This document shows positions 57,992 to 64,000 of a stretch of DNA of 64,000 nt, piece after piece (within the stretch, counting starts at the first letter, position 1; each line of letters begins with the position of its first letter). Under the pieces are notes generated by a model, which did no database searches, had not been told where the DNA came from, and saw only the letters and a program-made list of their open reading frames with translations. The DNA is taken from IMG/VR virus record IMGVR_UViG_3300027621_000003, positions 62,001-126,000 of that record. The stretch is one strand, 5' to 3'. Position numbers and translations under genes: made by a program.

Positions 57992-58744
57992 TTATTCTAC
58001 GTCAGTATTTTCAATAGATAAATTTTTATCCATTAATTTGTTTTTAAAGTTGAATAATTTGTCAATATATCCGTTTCTACGAAGAAATTTAAAGACCAAA
58101 TTTTCGTATGAAAACTCACCATCTTTTTCCAAACCTGATGACCTATACTTCTTTAATTTTTCTTTAAAACTGTCAATATGTTTTACAGCTTTTTCATAAT
58201 TCTCACTTTTGGAATCCTCAATTGCATTATCAATTTTTGACATCATTGAATTTGCCTTTGATAATAACATTTCTTTATCAATTTTTACACTTTCTTTTTC
58301 AGGTTTGTGAACCCAAGTATCAAACATAACGGAATAGACACCGGTTGAAAAATGTGATTCATCAATATCTTCAGCATATAATTCCACATCAAAACCTTTT
58401 ACGGTAATATTGTGGGTGGTATTAAATAAAGTTTTTTTAAGTTGGAATAATTCTTTGTAAACTTCAACATCTTCAACATCAAATTGTGAGAAGTCAACAT
58501 AAAGGTGTAAATCAATATCTGAAAACTTGGACCAATTATAATTTGCTAGTGAACCAGTAAATCTAACATCATCAACAAATAAATCATCACCCAAGAAATC
58601 CATGAATTCTCCGGCAATCATTAACAATGCTTTTCTAATTTGTGGTTTTAATTTTGGTTCATCGCTTTCAACATCATCCCATATTTGAGGGTTCAATGTT
58701 TCTTGAGTTCCAAAAGAAGATAATATTTCTGAGTATTTATCCAT
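57992..58744 (-). CDS. Pol-beta-superfamily nucleotidyltransferase-like protein
   Basis: TGSLANYNWSKFSDIDLH (GS..DxD) plus VELY third acidic residue. Confidence 0.7.
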   Translation of the reverse strand: MDKYSEILSSFGTQETLNPQIWDDVESDEPKLKPQIRKALLMIAGEFMDFLGDDLFVDDVRFTGSLANYNWSKFSDIDLHLYVDFSQFDVEDVEVYKELFQLKKTLFNTTHNITVKGFDVELYAEDIDESHFSTGVYSVMFDTWVHKPEKESVKIDKEMLLSKANSMMSKIDNAIEDSKSENYEKAVKHIDSFKEKLKKYRSSGLEKDGEFSYENLVFKFLRRNGYIDKLFNFKNKLMDKNLSIENTDVE

Positions 58745-58769
58745 CTTATATAAATACTCAAGATTTTAT

Positions 58770-59015
58770 TTAAGGTAATTTTTTGTATTTGTATACTTTT
58801 GAAATTTTGGAATTGAAATATTTTCCTTGTGATTCTGACAATCTGAATTCTGCATATACATTGTGTGGTACATCTTCATATTCATAACGTGTACCATTTT
58901 TAAATTCTGTAATCATTGTTTTGTCTGCGGTATCATATTCAGTTCTAATAATATTAGATGAATTAATTTCATTAAGAATTTTTGTTCCTTTTATATCTTG
59001 TCTTCCTACTGCCAT
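58770..59015 (-). CDS. KTSC-domain protein
   Basis: SSNI..EYD..EFKNG..YEYEDVP..Y..F..SESQGKYFN..I. Confidence 0.85.
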   Translation of the reverse strand: MAVGRQDIKGTKILNEINSSNIIRTEYDTADKTMITEFKNGTRYEYEDVPHNVYAEFRLSESQGKYFNSKISKVYKYKKLP

Positions 59016-59030
59016 AATAGTATAAATATT

Positions 59031-59063
59031 AAAAGACCCCTGATTTTAGTCAAGGGTCTTTTT
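59031..59063 (-). terminator. Intrinsic terminator after the UVR-repeat gene
   Basis: AAAAGACCCCTGA..TCAAGGGTCTTTT hairpin. Confidence 0.7.
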
Positions 59064-59064
59064 G

Positions 59065-59511
59065 TTAGGGTCTCATTTTTCGTAGTTGGTCTCGGACTTC
59101 AATCGCTCTTTCAAAGTCTTGTCTTTCAATACAATCTTTTAACTCATCCTCAATCTTTTTAATTTCTTCTTGGTCTCTTTCAAAAGTTTTGATTTTATCA
59201 CGAAGATAAATTGCCAATTGGAAATCTTCTTTTTCAACTGCTTTGTCAAGTTGTTGTTTTAATGACTCCAAAGAATTTTTATTCTTTTTTGGTGGAACTG
59301 TTGAACTTGATGTTATGATATAGGTAAATTTTCCATCGGGTGTTGTATAGACTTGTTTTTCCCAATCCATACCATCATCATTTCCTGTTTCTGATTTATG
59401 TTCCATAGAAGAACTTTTAAAGTTAGGGTTGTAATCACCGAACATCTCGTTGAGTTCGTCCATCATTTGTTTTAGTGATTTTCTGCTGTTGTTTCCAAAT
59501 AAGTCAAACAT
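59065..59511 (-). CDS. Protein with two UvrB/UvrC (UVR) motifs; candidate Clp adaptor
   Basis: LDKAVEKEDFQLAIYLRDKI and LKDCIERQDFERAIEVRDQL. Confidence 0.75.
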   Translation of the reverse strand: MFDLFGNNSRKSLKQMMDELNEMFGDYNPNFKSSSMEHKSETGNDDGMDWEKQVYTTPDGKFTYIITSSSTVPPKKNKNSLESLKQQLDKAVEKEDFQLAIYLRDKIKTFERDQEEIKKIEDELKDCIERQDFERAIEVRDQLRKMRP

Positions 59512-59583
59512 ATTTTTTTTATTTTAATTTTTTTATGTATCTTTGTGAAACATAAATACAAAATTATGCCAAATCAACAGTAC

Positions 59584-59617
59584 TGACATTTTGTCATACC
59601 ATACTGACATATAGTCA
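59584..59617. promoter_or_regulatory. Two phased palindromic operators TGAC-N5-GTCA
   Basis: TGACATTTTGTCA (59584-59596) and TGACATATAGTCA (59605-59617), 21 bp apart, in a divergent intergenic region. Confidence 0.6.
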
Positions 59618-59620
59618 TTA

Positions 59621-59650
59621 TTGTTATTTGAAAATAAAATGGTATATTTG
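59621..59650 (+). promoter_or_regulatory. Bacteroidota-type promoter for the Clp ATPase (TTG-N19-TATATTTG)
   Basis: TTG 59621-59623, TATATTTG 59643-59650; a second TATCTTTG at 59538-59545. Confidence 0.6.
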
Positions 59651-59667
59651 TGGTAAGATAAAAGACT

Positions 59668-61662
59668 ATGATTGAATCAATGGATAACACAGAAGGTAAA
59701 TCAACACCTAAAAAGAAATCAGGAGGAACTCCTGTATTGGACAATTTCAGTAAGGACTTAATTAAAATGGCTCAAGAGGGTAAATTGGACCCTGTAATTG
59801 GTCGTGAGATGGAAATTAACCGAATTGCTCAAATCCTTTCCCGTAGAAAGAAAAATAACCCAATTATCATTGGAGAACCTGGTTGTGGTAAAACCGCAAT
59901 TGTTGAAGGTTTGGCAATGAAAATCTTTAACGGGGATTGTCCTCGTAACTTGCGTGATAAACGTATTGTATTATTGGATTTAACATCCATCGTTGCCGGT
60001 ACAAAGTATCGTGGTCAATTTGAAGAACGTATGAAAGTTATTATTGAAGAACTTTCAGAAAATCCTGACATTGTAATTTTCATTGATGAAATTCATACAA
60101 TTGTTGGAGCTGGTAATTCTTCAGGTTCAATGGACGCATCCAACATCTTTAAACCAGCTCTTGCTCGTGGTGAAATCCAATGTATCGGAGCTACCACTTT
60201 GGATGAGTATCGTACCAATTTTGAAAAAGACGGAGCCCTTGAGCGTCGTTTCCAAAAAGTTGTTGTTGACTCTCCAAATAAAGCTGAGACTTTAACAATT
60301 ATTACAAATGTTAAAGACAAGTATGAAGACTACCATAAGGTTAGTTATTCTGATGAAGTCTTGGAAATGTGTGTGAACTTGGCTGACCGTTACATTACTG
60401 ACCGTGAGTTCCCTGACAAAGCATTTGACATTATGGATGAAGTTGGTGCCCGTTCTCAAGTAGATACCAAAATCCCTGAAGCATTGGAGATTCTAAAACA
60501 AAAAGCGGCAGAACTTAAACAACAAAAACTTGATGTTGTTAAAAGACAAGACTTTGAACACGCTGCTGAACTACGTGATAAAGAAAAGAAACTTCTTGAG
60601 CGTTTAGAACTTGAAAAAGCAAAGTTTGAAAAGGAACAATCTGAAAATCGTAGACCGATTGACCCTGAGTTGGTATTGAATGTAGTTTCTTCAATGACAA
60701 AGATTCCAGTCAACAAATTAAATGTTGATGATAAAATGGCTTTGATTGGAATGGAAAAAACATTGATTTCTGAAGTTGTAGGTCAGGATGATGCAGTGTC
60801 AAAGATTTCAAAATCCATCCGTAGAAACCGTCTTGGTATTAAAGACCCAAACAAACCAATTGGTTCATTTATATTCTTGGGTTCAACAGGTGTGGGTAAA
60901 ACTCACTTGGCAAAACAATTGGCAAAACAAATCTTTGGTAGTTCAGATGCTCTTATCCGTGTGGACATGAGTGAGTACCAAGAGAAACATACCATTTCTC
61001 GTTTGATTGGTTCCCCTCCAGGTTATGTGGGTTATGAAGAAGGTGGACAATTAACCGAACAGGTTAAGAACAAACCTTATTCTGTAATCTTGTTTGATGA
61101 GGTAGAAAAGGCAAACAAAGAAATCTTCCATACACTTCTTCAGATGTTGGACGAAGGATACCTTACAGATTCTTTGGGTAGAAAGATTAACTTCAAAAAC
61201 TGTTTAATTATTATGACATCAAACATTGGAGTTAAGAAACTTCAAGACTTTGGAACAGGTATCGGTTTTTCAAGTAACGCTTATTCTAATGAAGAACAGA
61301 AGAAAGAAATCTTGAAAAAAGAAATGAAGAATTTTTTCTCTCCTGAGTTCTTGAACCGTATTGATGATGTGATTGTATTTAATTCTTTGAATGAAGAATC
61401 TATCAAAAAGATTGTTGACATTGAATTGAAGAAATTAATGGGTCGTTTATCAGAATTGAAACTTGTTTTCAAATATGATGATAAATTGGTTTCACACATC
61501 GCCAAAATTGGTTATGATGAAGTGTATGGTGCTCGTCCAATTAAAAGAGCAATTCAGGACCAAATTGAAGATTTGATATCTGAAGAAGTCCTAAACGGAA
61601 ATGTGGTTGAGGGTAAACAATATTCCCTATCGGTAAAATCTGAGAAAGTAATCATCAAATAA
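59668..61662 (+). CDS. clpC: ClpC-like AAA+ unfoldase lacking the N-terminal Clp_N domain
   Basis: [24 protein letters not shown]-type middle domain [30 protein letters not shown] ClpP-docking loop, GARP. Confidence 0.88.
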   Translation: MIESMDNTEGKSTPKKKSGGTPVLDNFSKDLIKMAQEGKLDPVIGREMEINRIAQILSRRKKNNPIIIGEPGCGKTAIVEGLAMKIFNGDCPRNLRDKRIVLLDLTSIVAGTKYRGQFEERMKVIIEELSENPDIVIFIDEIHTIVGAGNSSGSMDASNIFKPALARGEIQCIGATTLDEYRTNFEKDGALERRFQKVVVDSPNKAETLTIITNVKDKYEDYHKVSYSDEVLEMCVNLADRYITDREFPDKAFDIMDEVGARSQVDTKIPEALEILKQKAAELKQQKLDVVKRQDFEHAAELRDKEKKLLERLELEKAKFEKEQSENRRPIDPELVLNVVSSMTKIPVNKLNVDDKMALIGMEKTLISEVVGQDDAVSKISKSIRRNRLGIKDPNKPIGSFIFLGSTGVGKTHLAKQLAKQIFGSSDALIRVDMSEYQEKHTISRLIGSPPGYVGYEEGGQLTEQVKNKPYSVILFDEVEKANKEIFHTLLQMLDEGYLTDSLGRKINFKNCLIIMTSNIGVKKLQDFGTGIGFSSNAYSNEEQKKEILKKEMKNFFSPEFLNRIDDVIVFNSLNEESIKKIVDIELKKLMGRLSELKLVFKYDDKLVSHIAKIGYDEVYGARPIKRAIQDQIEDLISEEVLNGNVVEGKQYSLSVKSEKVIIK

Positions 61663-61687
61663 GTGAATAATATTCCTTATCGGTAAT

Positions 61688-61760
61688 AAAAGTGGGGTCA
61701 TTGACCCCATTTTTATTTATAAAGTTATAAGCATAAAAAAAAGGTCGTTAAGACCCTTTT
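61688..61760. terminator. Two hairpin terminators between convergent genes
   Basis: AAAAGTGGGGTCA-T-TGACCCCATTTTT and AAAAAAAAGGTC-GTTAA-GACCCTTTT. Confidence 0.75.
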
Positions 61761-61763
61761 CTA

Positions 61764-62591
61764 TTAAATATACCACTGAGATTTTGCGTATTCTTTATCG
61801 TACTGATACTCATGTTTCTCATACCCAAGTTTATCAATCATTGCATATGCGGTCTTGATTGAATTATCCAAATCATCAATTACAACATACTCACTTGGTC
61901 TGTGGTAGTTGTAATATCCACAAGAAATGTTGATACAAGAGAAATCAAACTTCATCTTCAACTGTGAAACATCGGTGTATGGGTGAACCATATACTCACG
62001 TTTTGGCATGTATTCATCCAATACCTTATCAACAATGGTAAAGAATTCACTGTCACGGTTGAATAGACGTACACCAGAACAAACTTCAGTAACCATGTAG
62101 TTCAACGGTGCGTCCAACTGAATTGCGTAAGCCACATCAACAAAGAAGTTTGGGTCGGCTTTACGAGAACCCCAACATCCTGTTTCTTCACTAACAAAGA
62201 ACGCCGCCTTTACGTGTGGTAAATCCAATAAAGCTGACATTGCTCCAAACACACCACATTTGTCATCACCACCAATACCGGTTTCTTTACCTTCAGGGGT
62301 GTAACCCTTAAGACATACTTTAAGGTTTCCTTCGTAATCAGGTAGAGTTTCTGTGTGAACAACAATCTCGTTCATTCCGTGAACAGTATCGGTATGACCA
62401 ACCATACATGGATAAAGTTTTCCTTCAAAACCTTCACTTGTTTTGGTTGCGTAAATGTTCATCATTTCATCTACCACGTAAGGAATGTTATTTTCCTTAA
62501 GCCAGTTGGAAATGAATTCCACCATATATTCTTCATGGTACGTAGCGGTTGGAACGCTAAGGACTCTTTCTAATAAATCTAATCTGTTCAT
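61764..62591 (-). CDS. M20/M28-clan zinc peptidase-like protein (likely start MNRLDL at 62591)
   Basis: GHTDTVH, GGDDKCG, SEETG, QLD, YNYH metal ligands. Confidence 0.8.
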   Translation of the reverse strand: MNRLDLLERVLSVPTATYHEEYMVEFISNWLKENNIPYVVDEMMNIYATKTSEGFEGKLYPCMVGHTDTVHGMNEIVVHTETLPDYEGNLKVCLKGYTPEGKETGIGGDDKCGVFGAMSALLDLPHVKAAFFVSEETGCWGSRKADPNFFVDVAYAIQLDAPLNYMVTEVCSGVRLFNRDSEFFTIVDKVLDEYMPKREYMVHPYTDVSQLKMKFDFSCINISCGYYNYHRPSEYVVIDDLDNSIKTAYAMIDKLGYEKHEYQYDKEYAKSQWYI

Positions 62592-62598
62592 CTTACCA

Positions 62599-62628
62599 CA
62601 AAGATACAACAAAATTATGAATTATCAA
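62599..62628 (-). promoter_or_regulatory. Bacteroidota-type promoter (TTG-N19-TATCTTTG)
   Basis: Minus-strand TTG at 62628-62626 and TATCTTTG at 62606-62599, 7 nt before the ATG. Confidence 0.6.
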
Positions 62629-64000
62629 AAAAGTTGTAGATTATAAATAAAATCTTTGAATTTTTCAAATGGTAATCTCATTTTTTTCAAATCTCTTGTT
62701 TCCCTATTTTGTAGTGCAAACGTTACCCTATCATCTTCCATGTCCAAATCGGTGATTTTTAACATGTATCTTTTGTCACCAGGCATATCAATCCACTCAT
62801 CAAAACCACCCAATTTTTTGATAAAATCATAATGGTCAATGTAATCACCTGTTATGTTTTCATTTTCATTGATAGTTTCTTCCATAGTGTCCAATAATTT
62901 TTCTATGGCACTGTTGGTACTACTATATTCATAATTATTAGTCCTAAACTCATATACACTATCAGCAATACTTGGGGGGTCAATATTTTCAAGATTAATA
63001 ATTCTTCTCAATAACCCATAAATTCCAATATTAAACGTTGGATTGTATTTTTGATACGTTTTTATAAGGTCATCTAATTTAACGGTTTTTTTATAAAAAG
63101 TTCCCGTCATTGGTAATCCATATTCGGCAAACATATTTGAATAATCTTTTTCCAAATATTCTCTAATACCTTGTTCGGTATCAGCATTCATGTCATAAGT
63201 ATATTCACTGGTTATGTTATCAACGGCATTTTCAAATGCTTTTGACAAGAATTCGGAAACTTTAATTCTACAATCATCACTATCTCGTTCTTTTAATCCC
63301 AACGTACATTCATATAATTTTGGATTAATAATTTTCATATACGTTTGAAGTCTTTTCATTTGTTCGTCATCAAAGTTAGAAAACAAATATCCCTCTTTCC
63401 ATTCTTCTTCAGCATAATAACTATCAAAAATTTCACCTGTACCGTAACTAGATAATGAAATATCTAAGTACATTCTATCACCGTCACCTTCGTTCCACTC
63501 AAATAAATCAAAATAATCGCTATCTCTTCCGTTAAAATCTAAATTCAAAGTGACATTATCTTCATTATCTCTATTGTAACTGGTGATTAATGGGTCCACC
63601 CTATCAGCATTCCAGCTTGAAATAGTTCCGTCTTTAATTCTTTCAAATCCTGATTTTACTTTTCCACCACCCAATAGTTTTTCAATAACAAAATTCTCAA
63701 CCTCGGGATAAACATGGTATAGAAAATCCACATCATGTCCAGTATCCGCAGCATCATACACAGTTGGGTCACCGTCTTTAATATATAAAGCAATCTTTTG
63801 TCTTCTATTTGATTTGTCAATAAAGTAATAAAGTTTACCGTCTTTGGTGTATTTGTTAAAATAATCTGGCTGTTGTCCCGCAGTACACCAACGTGTACCT
63901 GAACCATAATAACAAGAAGCATTATGTGTGATGGCTCTGATTCCCAATACATCACCATCTTCAAATACTTTTTCAGCTTCTTTTTTCGCCGCTCGTTCTT
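62625..64000 (-). CDS. Hypothetical phage protein (SCYYG..TRWC motif), 5' end beyond the window
   Basis: Frame stays open upstream of 63947 to the window edge (ERAAKKEAEKVFEDGDVLGIR...). Confidence 0.65.
   Translation of the reverse strand, partial: ERAAKKEAEKVFEDGDVLGIRAITHNASCYYGSGTRWCTAGQQPDYFNKYTKDGKLYYFIDKSNRRQKIALYIKDGDPTVYDAADTGHDVDFLYHVYPEVENFVIEKLLGGGKVKSGFERIKDGTISSWNADRVDPLITSYNRDNEDNVTLNLDFNGRDSDYFDLFEWNEGDGDRMYLDISLSSYGTGEIFDSYYAEEEWKEGYLFSNFDDEQMKRLQTYMKIINPKLYECTLGLKERDSDDCRIKVSEFLSKAFENAVDNITSEYTYDMNADTEQGIREYLEKDYSNMFAEYGLPMTGTFYKKTVKLDDLIKTYQKYNPTFNIGIYGLLRRIINLENIDPPSIADSVYEFRTNNYEYSSTNSAIEKLLDTMEETINENENITGDYIDHYDFIKKLGGFDEWIDMPGDKRYMLKITDLDMEDDRVTFALQNRETRDLKKMRLPFEKFKDFIYNLQLF

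Noticed and set aside
1-64000. Alternative genetic code (stop-codon reassignment)
   Set aside because: Core genes are full length under code 11 with high coding density; TAG (e.g. 47764) and TGA act as normal stops
1-64000. tRNA/rRNA genes
   Set aside because: Intergenic gaps are short and AT-rich, and no cloverleaf was recognised by eye; a tRNA scan would be needed for certainty
1-64000. Eukaryotic giant virus origin, suggested by eukaryote-like GT60/GT31/GME
   Set aside because: T4-type capsid, portal, protease and terminase, bacterial bS21, ClpC and bacterial promoters/terminators indicate a bacteriophage

Overview
This 64 kb, very AT-rich window is part of a large T4-like (probably jumbo) tailed-phage genome, most likely infecting a Bacteroidota host. 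Host evidence is a Bacteroidota-type bS21 with Tyr54, TTG-N19/20-TAnnTTTG promoters, no Shine-Dalgarno motifs seen, and a Bacteroidota-like ClpC and DUF4494. Layout: (i) 1-18 kb, a co-oriented minus-strand glycan-biosynthesis cluster of about 21 genes (GT60, GT10, GT11, GT25, GT31, GT61, GT2, HtrL-like, GDP-mannose 3,5-epimerase, methyl/acetyltransferases, and a PRK/aldolase/HAD/NTP-transferase module), headed by a 1314-aa Thr/Pro-rich mucin-like LamG protein. (ii) 22-41 kb, plus-strand genes including a WYL protein, dUTPase, PhoH, a second GT set, a catalytically degenerate nucleotide-sugar dehydrogenase, a sigma-like factor and a baseplate spike-like protein. (iii) 42-59 kb, the head module (major capsid, scaffold, prohead protease, portal, terminase) with an antisense bS21 gene and two more Thr/Pro-rich proteins. 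(iv) 59-64 kb, a ClpC lacking its N-domain, a divergent UVR-repeat protein and a peptidase. The best candidate for a new system is a phage-encoded mucin-type O-glycosylation pathway: a GT60 initiating enzyme, elongating, capping and modifying enzymes, and dedicated Thr/Pro-rich acceptor proteins. A recurring RTATTTAT motif upstream of late genes is a candidate phage late promoter. All family calls come from motif recognition by eye; no database searches were run.
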